From positions 176,613-240,612 of the forward strand of contig CAWISO010000027.1 in the NCBI GenBank assembly GCA_963838755.1: 64,000 nucleotides of DNA. The letters run 5' to 3'. The position numbers and the translations under genes are program-made. Below the pieces are notes generated by a model. The model made no database searches and was not told the DNA's origin. It saw only the letters and a program-made list of their open reading frames with translations. Below are positions 1-9,771 of this stretch, in pieces. How positions within the stretch are numbered: position 1 is the first letter of the stretch; the number at the start of each line of letters is the position of its first letter. This stretch comes from an uncultured Actinomycetota bacterium (lineage in GTDB: Bacteria; Actinomycetota; Actinomycetes; Mycobacteriales; Mycobacteriaceae).

Positions 1-2
1 TC

Positions 3-335
3 AACAACCCGACGACCTCTCCGTTCGGCAACCCGATTCCCGGACTGTTGGACTTGGGCGTCGAATCGGGATTTGGTGCCGACGAGCCCAACCTGGTTCG
101 GTTGACCGAATTGCCCGGCGGATCCCCTGTCGCGGTGGTGGTTCGGCAGCTCACCGAACACGTGCAAGGCGATATCGACCTGATCGCCCGTCTCAAGGAC
201 GCCGGCGTCGTTCCCAACGCCCGAGTGACCGTCGAGACCAACCCGGCCGGCGGCGTGACGATCGTGATACCCGGTCACGAGAATGTCAGCCTGCCCCACG
301 AGATGGCCCACGCCGTCAAGGTCGAAAAGGTCTAG
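3..335 (+). CDS. ideR: Iron-dependent repressor IdeR/DtxR, C-terminal part (5' truncated by window)
   Basis: Frame from nt 3 reads NNPTTSPFGNPIPGL followed by the SH3-like domain ending HEMAHAVKVEKV; synteny. Confidence 0.95.
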   Translation, partial: NNPTTSPFGNPIPGLLDLGVESGFGADEPNLVRLTELPGGSPVAVVVRQLTEHVQGDIDLIARLKDAGVVPNARVTVETNPAGGVTIVIPGHENVSLPHEMAHAVKVEKV

Positions 336-347
336 CTGGCTACCGCC

Positions 348-472
348 TGGCGACGATGCAGTGGGGGCACCCCCAGCCGCGCTGGGGGCACCGCCCGCTT
401 GCGGGGGACGGCGAGGGGGACGCGCAGCGCGATGAGGTGGGGTCCCCGCGCAGCTGGGGAGAGCCTGACCAT
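348..472 (+). repeat. MIRU-like mycobacterial interspersed repeat (composite/degenerate)
   Basis: Contains GCGACGATGCAG, GGGGGCACCGCCCGCTTGCGGGGG and GCGATGAGGTGGGG blocks; related sequence at 6403-6471 and 30436-30510. Confidence 0.7.
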
Positions 473-1531
473 CTACACGGCTCGTCGGCCAAACGCCTGC
501 CGCGCAGGCAGGCGCACACCGAGCTGCTTGGCAAGCCGGTATCCGGTGGCCGCGAGTTCGCGGATGTGCTCGGGCCGCATGCCCGACTGCAACGCCGTGT
601 CCAGCATGCCTGCCATCCGGTGATCGGGTTCACAGCGCAGCGCGGCCTCCAGCGACACCCCGGCCAGCGGTCCATCGCCGCGGGCATAAGCGCTGAACGC
701 CAGCAGCACCAGCGCGTGTACCCGCCACGGCTCGGGCAGGTTGCGGGACAGCAGCGCCCAGAGCGACTCGGCCTCCCCGGCGTTTCGCCCGACCGCGAGG
801 GCATACAGCGTGTCCCGCACCTGCACATCGGGCAGCGCGCAGGCCAGGCCGGCCAACTCGACATCGGCGAGCTGCTGTCCGTTGGCGACCCGAGCCGCCG
901 CGGCAATGGCGCTTTCGACGTCGCGACGCACGCAGGCAACAGGGTCGGCCCGGTGCGCGGTGTCGCGCGACGCGGCATGCTCACTGATCAGATCGGCCAG
1001 CGCCGCGCGGGGGGCCTGGTCATCGGCCGCAATGACGGCTTGCAGGTCGGCGCGTCGCGCATAGAGGCGACGGCCGTCGAGCACGGCAGCCACCGCCAGC
1101 GGCGACGCAGACGGGTCGTCGACCGGGCCGCCCGCACCGCAGCCGTCCACACAGTGCCAGCGCCCCCCGGCGGCCACCCGGTCCACCACGTGGGCGGCCC
1201 ACAGCACGATGTCGCGCCGCGACAGCTCCTCGCCCAGCGTCGCGCACAGTTCGCGATACTCCTCGTTGCACATCGGACAGCTCGCGCCGTCGGCGTCGAC
1301 GATCACCGCGATCGCCGCGTCCGGGTCGGCGGCCGAGGCGACCTCAGCGAGATGCCCGATCTGGGCGGCAAGGGCCTCGGAAAGGTCCACCCGCATCACC
1401 GATCCCAATTCGCCCCCGCCGATCGACACCAGCACCAGTGATTTCTCCGGCACAAAGCCCAGCACGGCAGGCAGCGCGGCGATCACCGCGCCAGGGCGCT
1501 TGAGTTCAAAGTCTCGTCGCTGCTTGGTCAT
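473..1531 (-). CDS. DUF4192-domain protein (Rv2712c orthologue)
   Basis: ATG at 1531 gives 352 aa; IAALPAVLGFVPEKSLV and AYARGDGPLAGVSL motifs; synteny next to ideR. Confidence 0.85.
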   Translation of the reverse strand: MTKQRRDFELKRPGAVIAALPAVLGFVPEKSLVLVSIGGGELGSVMRVDLSEALAAQIGHLAEVASAADPDAAIAVIVDADGASCPMCNEEYRELCATLGEELSRRDIVLWAAHVVDRVAAGGRWHCVDGCGAGGPVDDPSASPLAVAAVLDGRRLYARRADLQAVIAADDQAPRAALADLISEHAASRDTAHRADPVACVRRDVESAIAAAARVANGQQLADVELAGLACALPDVQVRDTLYALAVGRNAGEAESLWALLSRNLPEPWRVHALVLLAFSAYARGDGPLAGVSLEAALRCEPDHRMAGMLDTALQSGMRPEHIRELAATGYRLAKQLGVRLPARQAFGRRAV

Positions 1532-1685
1532 GGCCCACACGCTGGCAACCGGCACCGTCAGCCCGTCGGCCGCGCAGGCCGCGCGCCTGGTGCGTTGTGG
1601 ACGAACTCGCATCTGGGGACATCCGGTGGCGGCACTGGACGTGATGAACAAGGTGCGCGCGCTCACCAGTTCCGAGACTGAGGTC

Positions 1686-2483
1686 TCAACACTCGTCGTT
1701 GTAGCCGCCCGGCGGCGCGTCACCCGGGCCGTCGGCCTCGGCACGCGCCAGCAGGTCGGAGATGTGCTGATCGAACGGCGGCGAGTAGGAAACATTCTCC
1801 GCGCAGCCACCGCCGTGCAGTCCCCCGATCAGCCCGACGACGCTCGAGCCGCTGATCCAGGGTGCGCCGCTGGTGCCATTGGCCAAGCCCTGGCACGGCA
1901 GTGACGGGTAGCCGCCGTCGGCGATCCCGGTCTTGTTCTGGCAACCGATCGGTATCCCACCGACGCCGGCCGGATAGCCGATCACGCTGACCCGGCTACC
2001 CCGCGCCGGTGCAGCACCCAGTGAGAACGCCGAACCGACCTCGGCCTCGACCGAGCCGCCATCGGGGCGGCTGACCCGGGCGATCGCATAGTCGGCGCGC
2101 GGATCCTGAGCGGTGATCCACTGCGGATCCAGATACAGCGCATCCACCGTCCACCCATCGGCGGGCGTGGCGTTGCGGACGAAACCGGGGATGAAGGTGG
2201 ACGGGACCCCGGGGGCCAGGCAGTGCGCAGCGGTCAGCACCAGGTTGCCTGCGGTCGAATGGAGCACCGAGCCGGTGCAAGCGTGCAGTTCGGTGCCGCC
2301 GAAGAACACCGCACCCACCCGCGGGTCGGGCTTGACCGGAGCTGCGACGAGCGGGTTCGCGGCGTCGACGACGGCCTTACTGGATTTGCTGGTGACCGGT
2401 GCGGAGTGGGACTGATTCCCGCAGGCCGCCAGTGAGATGGCCAGGCCCACCGTCAAGCCCACCGCCGCTACCGGAACGCGCAT
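1686..2483 (-). CDS. Trypsin-like serine protease, predicted lipoprotein
   Basis: Signal peptide with lipobox LAAC; catalytic triad motifs LTAAHC, DYA, GTSGAPW. Confidence 0.85.
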   Translation of the reverse strand: MRVPVAAVGLTVGLAISLAACGNQSHSAPVTSKSSKAVVDAANPLVAAPVKPDPRVGAVFFGGTELHACTGSVLHSTAGNLVLTAAHCLAPGVPSTFIPGFVRNATPADGWTVDALYLDPQWITAQDPRADYAIARVSRPDGGSVEAEVGSAFSLGAAPARGSRVSVIGYPAGVGGIPIGCQNKTGIADGGYPSLPCQGLANGTSGAPWISGSSVVGLIGGLHGGGCAENVSYSPPFDQHISDLLARAEADGPGDAPPGGYNDEC

Positions 2484-2717
2484 TGACGTCGATCATGCCC
2501 GATCGTGTGACCGGAGGCCCCATTGTCAGCCCCGACGGCGCACCGCCACATTCGGCGCCGCGCGAAAACGGGTACCCCGCGGAATGCGGTCAGCAGCGAC
2601 CGCGTTTTCGAACATACAGGCGGGCGACCGGGCACGGGCTCTGTGTCGCGGCCCGCCGATTTGAGAGACACTATCTGGCACGGTGCCACACGGCGCCGCG
2701 GCGAGGAGGCGACATCG

Positions 2718-3695
2718 ATGGGCCACAACCAGCCCCCGGACAGGGAGCAGCGGTACCAGCCCGAGCAGAACGGCATGTACGAGCTTGAGTTCCCAGCGCC
2801 GCAGTTGTCGTCTTCAGATGGGCGCGGCCCGGTTTTGGTGCACGCACTGGAAGGCTTTTCCGACGCCGGTCACGCGATCCGGCTGGCCGCCACACACCTC
2901 AAGGACACGTTGGACACCGAGCTGGTGGCCTCGTTCGCGATCGACGAACTGCTCGACTATCGGTCGCGGCGGCCGCTGATGACGTTCAAGACTGACCACT
3001 TCACCAACTACGACGATCCCGAGCTCAGCCTCTATGCCCTGCACGACAGCGTCGGGACACCGTTTCTGCTGCTGGCCGGGTTGGAGCCAGACTTGAAATG
3101 GGAGCGGTTCATCACCGCGGTGCGGTTGCTGGCCGAACGGCTGGGCGTCCGGCAAACGATCGGCCTGGGCACCATCCCGATGGCGGTTCCGCACACCCGC
3201 CCGGTGACGATGACAGCGCATTCCAACAACCGCGAGCTAATCACCGACTTCACGCCGTGGATCGCCGAGGTCCAGGTACCCGGCAGCGCCTCGAACTTGC
3301 TCGAATACCGAATGGCTCAGCACGGGCACGAGGTAGTCGGCTTCACCGTGCATGTCCCGCATTACTTGGCGCAGACGGACTATCCGGCAGCCGCGCAGGC
3401 ACTGCTGGAGCAGCTTGCCAAGACCGGATCGCTGCAGTTGCCGCTCAAAGCACTGGCTGAAGCCGCAGAAGAGATCAAAACCAAGGTTGACGAGCAGGTC
3501 GAGGCCAGCTCGGAGGTGGCTCAAGTGGTGGCCGCGCTGGAGCGCCAGTACGATGCTTTCATTGCAGCTCAGGAGAATCGGTCGTTGCTGACGCGTGATG
3601 AAGATCTGCCTAGCGGCGACGAACTCGGCGCGGAGTTCGAGCGATTCCTGGCACAGCAGGCAGAGAAGAAGTTTGACGACGACGATCCGACCTGA
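2718..3695 (+). CDS. PAC2 family (proteasome assembly chaperone-like) protein, Rv2714 orthologue
   Basis: GAGGAGG RBS before ATG 2718; LEGFSDAG, DYRSRRP, VPHTRP, VPHYL motifs. Confidence 0.9.
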   Translation: MGHNQPPDREQRYQPEQNGMYELEFPAPQLSSSDGRGPVLVHALEGFSDAGHAIRLAATHLKDTLDTELVASFAIDELLDYRSRRPLMTFKTDHFTNYDDPELSLYALHDSVGTPFLLLAGLEPDLKWERFITAVRLLAERLGVRQTIGLGTIPMAVPHTRPVTMTAHSNNRELITDFTPWIAEVQVPGSASNLLEYRMAQHGHEVVGFTVHVPHYLAQTDYPAAAQALLEQLAKTGSLQLPLKALAEAAEEIKTKVDEQVEASSEVAQVVAALERQYDAFIAAQENRSLLTRDEDLPSGDELGAEFERFLAQQAEKKFDDDDPT

Positions 3696-3729
3696 TCGCC
3701 CTCCCGGGCCCGACAGCGAAGTTGGCGAC

Positions 3730-4752
3730 ATGACCCAGCGGAAGCCAAACCTGCGCCCGGTGCGCGAGGTGACGCCTTCGCTGCAGTTTCGTACGGTTCA
3801 CGGGTACCGGCGAGCATTCCGGATCGCCGGCTCGGGCCCGGCGATGCTGCTGATTCACGGAATCGGTGACAACTCCACCACCTGGGAGACCGTTCAAGCC
3901 AAACTCGCGCAGCGGTTTACCGTCATCGCGGTCGACCTGCTGGGCCACGGGCAGTCAGACAAGCCACGTGCGGACTATTCAATTGCGGCCTACGCCAACG
4001 GGATGCGGGACTTGCTTTCGGTCCTGGAGATCGAGCGTGCCACCGTAGTCGGCCATTCGCTCGGTGGCGGGGTGGCGATGCAATTCGCTTACCAGTTCCC
4101 GCACCTGGTCGAGCGGTTGGTGCTAGTCGGCGCCGGCGGCGTCACCAAAGACGTCAACATCGTGTTGCGGTTGGCGTCGTTGCCGATGGGCAGCGAGACG
4201 CTGGCGCTACTGCGACTACCGCTGGTGCTGCCGGCCCTGCAGCTCGTCGGCCGCGCAGCCGGCCTGGTGTTGGGATCAACCAGTCTGGGCCACGACCTGC
4301 CGGACGTGCTGCGAATACTGGCCGACCTGCCGGAGCCGATGGCCTCCGCGGCGTTTACCCGCACACTGCGGGCGGTGGTGGACTGGCGTGGTCAGATGGT
4401 CACCATGCTGGACCGATGTTATTTGACTGAATCCGTTCCGGTGCAGATCATTTGGGGCACCGATGATGTGGTAGTTCCGGTCAGCCACGCCCGGATGGCG
4501 CACGCCGCGATGCCGGGCTCCCGACTGGAGATTTTCGAGCGCTCCGGGCATTTCCCGTTCCACGACGATCCTGACCGCTTCATCGAGGTCGTCGAGCGCT
4601 TCATCGACACCACCGAGCCAGCCGAATACGACCAGGCCGCTCTTCGCGAGCTACTCCGCAGCGGCGGCGGCGCACAAACCCTCTCCGGACCGGTCGGCAC
4701 CCGTGTTGCCGTGTTGGAAGCCATGGGCTCCGACGAACGCAGCGCCACCTGA
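3730..4752 (+). CDS. Alpha/beta hydrolase (Rv2715 orthologue)
   Basis: LIHGIG, DLLGHG, GHSLGG nucleophile elbow, SGHFP. Confidence 0.9.
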   Translation: MTQRKPNLRPVREVTPSLQFRTVHGYRRAFRIAGSGPAMLLIHGIGDNSTTWETVQAKLAQRFTVIAVDLLGHGQSDKPRADYSIAAYANGMRDLLSVLEIERATVVGHSLGGGVAMQFAYQFPHLVERLVLVGAGGVTKDVNIVLRLASLPMGSETLALLRLPLVLPALQLVGRAAGLVLGSTSLGHDLPDVLRILADLPEPMASAAFTRTLRAVVDWRGQMVTMLDRCYLTESVPVQIIWGTDDVVVPVSHARMAHAAMPGSRLEIFERSGHFPFHDDPDRFIEVVERFIDTTEPAEYDQAALRELLRSGGGAQTLSGPVGTRVAVLEAMGSDERSAT

Positions 4753-4797
4753 TCCTCGCGATCTCGTCGGAGACCCAATCGTCGTACAGTCGATTTC

Positions 4798-5484
4798 ATG
4801 AGCATCGATGTCACGGTGTTGCGCGTTTTCACCGATGCACAGGGCAATTTCGGCAATCCACTGGGCGTCGTCGACGCTGGTAGCGTGGGGCCCCAGTATC
4901 GCCAGCGTCTGGCAGCCCAATTAGGGTACAGTGAAACGGTTTTCGTCGACTTGCCCATCGTCGGTTCCACCACGGCGCAGGCTCGTATCTACACCCCACT
5001 CACCGAACTGCCGTTCGCCGGGCACCCGACGGTCGGGGCGTCGTGGTGGCTGCGCGCCCGAGGAACCCCGATCCGCACACTGCGGGTGCCGGCGGGCATC
5101 GTGCAGGTGGACTACGACGACGACATCACCTTCATCAGCGTCCGCTCGGAATGGTCTCCGCAGTATGCCATTTACGACCTCAAATCGCTTGACGACCTCG
5201 CAGCCGCCGACCCCGCCGACTTTTCCGACGACGTGGCGCACTACTTGTGGACCTGGACCGACGAGCCCGCCGGATCGCTGCGGGCTCGGATGTTCGCCGC
5301 CAACCTGGGTGTGCAGGAGGATGAAGCGACGGGATCCGCCGCGGCGCGGCTCACCGACTACCTGAGCCGCGACTTGACAATCACCCAGGGCAAGGGCTCG
5401 GTCATCGAAACCACCTGGAGCCCAGTGGGCTGGGTTCGGGTCGGCGGTCGCGTGGTCGACGACGGCGTGACGCACATCGTCTGA
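4798..5484 (+). CDS. PhzF family protein (Rv2716 orthologue)
   Basis: VFT...[31 protein letters not shown] motifs. Confidence 0.9.
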   Translation: MSIDVTVLRVFTDAQGNFGNPLGVVDAGSVGPQYRQRLAAQLGYSETVFVDLPIVGSTTAQARIYTPLTELPFAGHPTVGASWWLRARGTPIRTLRVPAGIVQVDYDDDITFISVRSEWSPQYAIYDLKSLDDLAAADPADFSDDVAHYLWTWTDEPAGSLRARMFAANLGVQEDEATGSAAARLTDYLSRDLTITQGKGSVIETTWSPVGWVRVGGRVVDDGVTHIV

Positions 5485-5898
5485 CTACACCGGCAGCTGT
5501 GACACACGGAGCAGCAGCTGACCCTCGAGTCCCGCCGCGCGGTGCACGCCGATCTCCGCGACCTCCGGCGACGTCACGGTCGCGGCAAATGCTGCGGCAG
5601 AAGGATATTCGACCAGTACACAGGTGTCCCACGCGTCCTCGATCTCGCCGATCACCAACGACGCGATGTGCCCGCCGAACACCACCCGGCCACCGCGCTC
5701 TTCGATGAGTTTCTGCATCGCCGCGGCGTAGAGATCGTAGGCTTGGCGACCGGTCAAGTCGCTGGGACGCCCATCCGAATAGGCCGCCCGCTGTCGAAAC
5801 CTGAGCAGGTTGAGCATCACGACGGGCTCATCGGAGGTGTCCGCCATCAGCGCTTCGATACGGGAACGCGTTGGGTAGATAGCGTTTTGGACGTCCAC
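5485..5898 (-). CDS. DUF1330-like small protein
   Basis: PVVMLNLLRFR...WD..VLVEYPS...HRAAGL pattern. Confidence 0.75.
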   Translation of the reverse strand: MDVQNAIYPTRSRIEALMADTSDEPVVMLNLLRFRQRAAYSDGRPSDLTGRQAYDLYAAAMQKLIEERGGRVVFGGHIASLVIGEIEDAWDTCVLVEYPSAAAFAATVTSPEVAEIGVHRAAGLEGQLLLRVSQLPV

Positions 5899-5903
5899 GC
5901 GAC

Positions 5904-6389
5904 TCAGCCTTTCCGGTGCAATACCGCAGACAGGTGATGCTGCACCGGTTGTCCGACCGCACCCATGTCCAACGAGTATGACAACTCGTCGCCGTCGAGC
6001 CGATAGCGACGGCCCAGCGCGCTGACTTCTTTGGCGGTCGGCGTCAGCCCGATCGCGGACGCCGTCATGTCCAGCTCGATCGTCGCGCCGTCGGCAGCGT
6101 ATGTGCCCACCTCGATTTCGGTGATCCCGTTCGGGTGCGCGAGCACCAGTTCAACGTGACCGGGTCGCGGTACGCGCAGATACCCCGTCTCGGCGTGCAG
6201 GGGCCTGCCGTCGGCAGCGGCCGTGGTTTTTTGGCCATAGACCAAAAACGGCTTGCCCACATGAGAAAACGCGACTTCCTCGAGGTAGTCAAACGGCTCG
6301 ATGGTGGGGTAGTTCCCCGACCCCCGGCCCTCCCATGCACCGAGCAACGGGGCGAGCGCGTGCAGATCGGGATGCAGATCAGGCGCCAT
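5904..6389 (-). CDS. FABP-like/nitrobindin family protein (Rv2717c orthologue)
   Basis: LLGAWEGRG.G.YPTI, GKPFL.Y, LHAETGYLR motifs; TACGCT -10 7 nt before ATG. Confidence 0.9.
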   Translation of the reverse strand: MAPDLHPDLHALAPLLGAWEGRGSGNYPTIEPFDYLEEVAFSHVGKPFLVYGQKTTAAADGRPLHAETGYLRVPRPGHVELVLAHPNGITEIEVGTYAADGATIELDMTASAIGLTPTAKEVSALGRRYRLDGDELSYSLDMGAVGQPVQHHLSAVLHRKG

Positions 6390-6402
6390 GCCGCTCAGCG
6401 TA

Positions 6403-6471
6403 GTCCGGCGACGATGCGGGCCAGAATGGCTCGCTGTGGGGGCACCACCCGCTTGCGGGGGCGAGCCGGAC
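6403..6471 (+). repeat. MIRU-like repeat with GTCCGGC/GCCGGAC terminal inverted repeat
   Basis: GGCGACGATGC...GTGGGGGCACCACCCGCTTGCGGGGG matches the MIRU core. Confidence 0.75.
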
Positions 6472-6493
6472 CATCAAACCCAGTCCGGGTGCA

Positions 6494-7702
6494 TTAGGCA
6501 GCGTGTACGTCTGGCGTGCGTACATGCTCGGGGCGGAAGCCCCGACCGACGACAACTGGCGGGATGAACTGTAACGGGCCACGGCCGACGAACTTGGGGA
6601 CATGAATTGGCGACAGGTCGCCGCTCAGCTGGGGTTGGATCACCCGGTTTTGGATCAGTACTTGACCGGCTTGGATGAGCCGGGCGGGTAGTTCGCGTCG
6701 GCGCTGCACCTTGGCGAGGTCGGCATCGGTCAACCGGTCTTCGCGCAGCGGCGAGCAGAGGATGTTGGCCGCGGCCACCGCATCGGCTACCGCGAGGTTG
6801 ATGCCGACCCCACCCACCGGTGACATGGCATGCGCGGCATCGCCAATGCACACCAGCCCGGTACGCCACCAGGTCTTCAGCCGGTCCACCCGCACATCGA
6901 GATGGCTGGTGTCATCCCAGGAGCGCAATCCGGCGAGGCTTTCACGCAGCTGTGGTCGCGCCGCGACCAGGCGCTCTTTGAACGCGTCGAGCGAACCCTC
7001 CCTGAGATCGTCCCCCTTTGGCACCGGATAGGCGATCTGCCAGTAGTCGCCGCGGTAGATCATGGCCAACACCAGGCCTTTGCGGATCACCCCGAAGAGC
7101 TCCTGCGGATCGCCGGGGCACCATTTGAGCCGGAACCACAAGACATCCACCGGCGAGTGGGCCGAGGCGAGGTCGAGACCCGCCGCAGCCCGTACGACGG
7201 ATTTGCGGCCGTCTGCACCCACCACGAGATTGGTACGCAACTCCAGTTCCGGTGTGCGCACTCCGACTACCCGATCGCCCTCGATGATTAAATCCTGGAC
7301 CTCGGCGTTGCGAATCAAGGTGAATTCCGGATAGACAGAAGCCTTTTCGGCGAGAAAGTCCAGGAAGTCCCACTGCGGCATCAGTGCGATGTACGGCTGT
7401 TTGAAGCCAAGTCGTTTAAGCGCGCTGAAATTACCGAAGGTGCGCAGCTGGCCGTCGGTGTCAAAGGCAACGCGCGTGACTTTCGTGTGTGGCAAACGCA
7501 GGAACTCATCGATGAAGCCCAACTCGTCCATGATCCGCAGTGTTGTGGGATGCACGGTGTCGCCGCGGAAGTCGCGCAGGAAGTCGTTGTGTTTCTCCAG
7601 CACAACGACCTGGATGCCCGCGCGGGCCAGCAACAAGGCATGAATCAAGCCCGCGGGGCCCCCACCGGCAACACAGACCTGGGTTCGCAGAACGCGTGTC
7701 AT
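6494..7702 (-). CDS. FAD-dependent monooxygenase/oxidoreductase (UbiH-like)
   Basis: GGGPAG, DFRGD, GADG, IGDAAHAMSPVGGVGIN motifs. Confidence 0.9.
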   Translation of the reverse strand: MTRVLRTQVCVAGGGPAGLIHALLLARAGIQVVVLEKHNDFLRDFRGDTVHPTTLRIMDELGFIDEFLRLPHTKVTRVAFDTDGQLRTFGNFSALKRLGFKQPYIALMPQWDFLDFLAEKASVYPEFTLIRNAEVQDLIIEGDRVVGVRTPELELRTNLVVGADGRKSVVRAAAGLDLASAHSPVDVLWFRLKWCPGDPQELFGVIRKGLVLAMIYRGDYWQIAYPVPKGDDLREGSLDAFKERLVAARPQLRESLAGLRSWDDTSHLDVRVDRLKTWWRTGLVCIGDAAHAMSPVGGVGINLAVADAVAAANILCSPLREDRLTDADLAKVQRRRELPARLIQAGQVLIQNRVIQPQLSGDLSPIHVPKFVGRGPLQFIPPVVVGRGFRPEHVRTPDVHAA

Positions 7703-7720
7703 GGCCCGACACTACGGGTG

Positions 7721-8185
7721 TCAGCTGGATGCCGACACCTTGCGGTGAGCGCGCAGTGCCTCGATCTCGCGCTCGAAATCGTCTGCAGAGGAGAAGGACC
7801 GGTACACCGAGGCGAATCGCAGATAAGCCACCTCGTCGAGTTCTCGCAGTGGGCCGAGGATAGCCAGGCCGACCTCGTGGCTGGGGACTTCCGGCGACCC
7901 GTTCGCCCGTACGGTGTCTTCGACCTGCTGGGCCAGTAAGTTCAGCGCGTCTTCGTCAACTTGACGGCCCTGGCATGCCCGCCGCACACCTCTGATCACT
8001 TTCTCACGGCTGAAGGGTTCGGTGACACCGCTGCGCTTGACGACCGCGAGCACCGCGGTCTCCACCGTGGTGAATCGCCGGCCGCACTCCGGGCATGACC
8101 TACGACGTCGGATGGCCTGACCCTCGTCGGTCTCGCGGGAGTCGACCACGCGGGAATCGGGATGACGACAGAACGGACAGTGCAT
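7721..8185 (-). CDS. nrdR: Transcriptional repressor NrdR
   Basis: MHCPFC...[17 protein letters not shown] zinc ribbon, ATP cone, AYLRFASVY; GAAGGAG RBS. Confidence 0.97.
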   Translation of the reverse strand: MHCPFCRHPDSRVVDSRETDEGQAIRRRRSCPECGRRFTTVETAVLAVVKRSGVTEPFSREKVIRGVRRACQGRQVDEDALNLLAQQVEDTVRANGSPEVPSHEVGLAILGPLRELDEVAYLRFASVYRSFSSADDFEREIEALRAHRKVSASS

Positions 8186-8351
8186 GGCCGCTCCTTCGCC
8201 GCGCCGACAACGAGATGTTTCGAACCATCCCGAGCCTACCTGCGCACTCCCCCGCCTACCTAGCGTCACCAGCGGTCGTGCCTGGTAGCCCTCGCCACGG
8301 GTGGCGACCGGCACTGGGCCAAACGGGTTTTGGCGATGCACGGCTAAACCG

Positions 8352-8834
8352 TCAGCCCACCGGTGCAATCAGCGTCTGACCGGCCGCCACCGCCGCGGAA
8401 TCCATATCGTTGAGTTCGCGGATGCGCGCGGCGACCCGAGCGGTCGGTGCATCGGGTGCCACCCGGGCGGCCAGGTGCTGCAGAGTCTCACCGGGCTCGA
8501 CGCGCACCACGGCGAGCTTGTCGGGCATGTGGCCCGCCGTCTGGCCCGAGCCGCCATGCAGCAGGTCACCGAAATGCGCCACCAGCCCAAGCCAGACGGT
8601 GATCAGGGCGGCGAGTAGCGCCAGCCCCACCGTGGTCACTGGGGTAATCGGACGCGGCCGATGCGGGGCGGCCGAAACCAACACCCCAGTGCCGCGGTAG
8701 CGCGGGCGCGCGGCCACTGGTCTCGACGGCTGGGGACCCCGGGGGCCAGGCGGGCGACGCCGAGCGGCCGGACGCACGTGCACTGGCCGACTCCGGGTCG
8801 GCACGCTTGGCGGGATCATCTCGATGGGCATCAT
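8352..8834 (-). CDS. chiZ: LysM-domain membrane protein ChiZ (Rv2719c orthologue)
   Basis: One TM helix then VRVEPGETL...RIRELN...GQTLIAP LysM; divergent from lexA. Confidence 0.85.
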   Translation of the reverse strand: MMPIEMIPPSVPTRSRPVHVRPAARRRPPGPRGPQPSRPVAARPRYRGTGVLVSAAPHRPRPITPVTTVGLALLAALITVWLGLVAHFGDLLHGGSGQTAGHMPDKLAVVRVEPGETLQHLAARVAPDAPTARVAARIRELNDMDSAAVAAGQTLIAPVG

Positions 8835-8859
8835 GTGCGGTTCTCCATTCGGCTAGTGC

Positions 8860-8917
8860 TCGCTCACTTGTTCGAAGAGTAATCGATAATGCGTTCGAAT
8901 ACCGAACATGTGATCGA
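8860..8917. promoter_or_regulatory. Three tandem degenerate LexA (SOS) boxes
   Basis: TCGCTCACTTGTTCGA (8860), TCGATAATGCGTTCGA (8883), CCGAACATGTGATCGA (8902) versus consensus TCGAAC-N4-GTTCGA. Confidence 0.7.
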
Positions 8918-8937
8918 ATCGTTGCACACGCTCGGAG

Positions 8938-8960
8938 ACCATACGGCGGGGCACCGACAA
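8938..8960 (-). promoter_or_regulatory. RecA-NDp (PafBC-type) promoter for chiZ
   Basis: Minus strand TTGTCGGTG-N8-TATGGT matches tTGTCRgtg-N8-TAnnnT. Confidence 0.8.
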
Positions 8961-8999
8961 GTCCTGCTACCCAGGCCGCAGACGTTATCGCGACACGCC

Positions 9000-9015
9000 T
9001 CGAACACATGTTTGA
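9000..9015. promoter_or_regulatory. LexA SOS box upstream of lexA
   Basis: TCGAACACATGTTTGA; TACATT -10 at 9035-9040. Confidence 0.9.
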
Positions 9016-9047
9016 TATCGAGCGCCATTGCGACTACATTCGGCCAT

Positions 9048-9749
9048 ATGAGCGATAGCAGCGATACCCCCGACGAGCTTCCCCGCGGCACTCGATCAGC
9101 GGAGTCAGGGCTGACCGAACGGCAGCGGACGATTCTGGACGTCATCCGCGCCTCGGTCAGCAGTCGCGGATACCCGCCGAGCATCCGGGAAATCGGTGAT
9201 GCCGTCGGTCTGACATCGACGTCCTCGGTGGCCCACCAACTGCGCATGCTGGAGCGCAAAGGCTACCTTCGTCGTGACCCCAACCGTCCGCGCGCTGTCG
9301 ATGTCCGCGGCGCCGACGACACGACCGTGCGGCCGCCGGTCCTCACTGAGGTAGCCGGCTCGGACGCCCTACCCGAGCCCACGTTCGTCCCCGTTTTGGG
9401 ACGCATCGCGGCCGGTGGCCCGATCCTTGCCGAGGAAGCCGTCGAAGACGTCTTTCCGCTTCCGCGCGAACTCGTCGGCGAGGGCGCGCTGTTCCTGCTC
9501 AAGGTGGTCGGTGAGTCCATGGTCGATGCCGCCATCTGCGACGGCGACTGGGTGGTGGTTCGCCAGCAAAACGTGGCCGACAACGGTGACATCGTGGCGG
9601 CGATGATCGACGGTGAGGCCACCGTCAAAACCTTCAAGCGCACCGGTGGCCAGGTCTGGCTGATGCCGCACAACCCGGCCTTCGACCCCATCCCGGGCAA
9701 CGACGCTGCCGTGCTCGGCAAGGTCGTGACCGTGATCCGCAAGATCTAG
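9048..9749 (+). CDS. lexA: SOS repressor LexA
   Basis: [24 protein letters not shown] cleavage site, GESM and VKTF catalytic motifs; probably leaderless. Confidence 0.98.
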   Translation: MSDSSDTPDELPRGTRSAESGLTERQRTILDVIRASVSSRGYPPSIREIGDAVGLTSTSSVAHQLRMLERKGYLRRDPNRPRAVDVRGADDTTVRPPVLTEVAGSDALPEPTFVPVLGRIAAGGPILAEEAVEDVFPLPRELVGEGALFLLKVVGESMVDAAICDGDWVVVRQQNVADNGDIVAAMIDGEATVKTFKRTGGQVWLMPHNPAFDPIPGNDAAVLGKVVTVIRKI

Positions 9750-9771
9750 CCCGGCGCGGCCAGTCTGGCCG

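Noticed and set aside
356-1441. 361-aa plus-strand ORF
   Set aside because: Antisense to the DUF4192 gene and begins inside a MIRU-like repeat.
8860-8917. CRISPR-like short repeats
   Set aside because: Units are adjacent 16-bp SOS-like palindromes with no spacers; no cas genes or arrays seen in the window.
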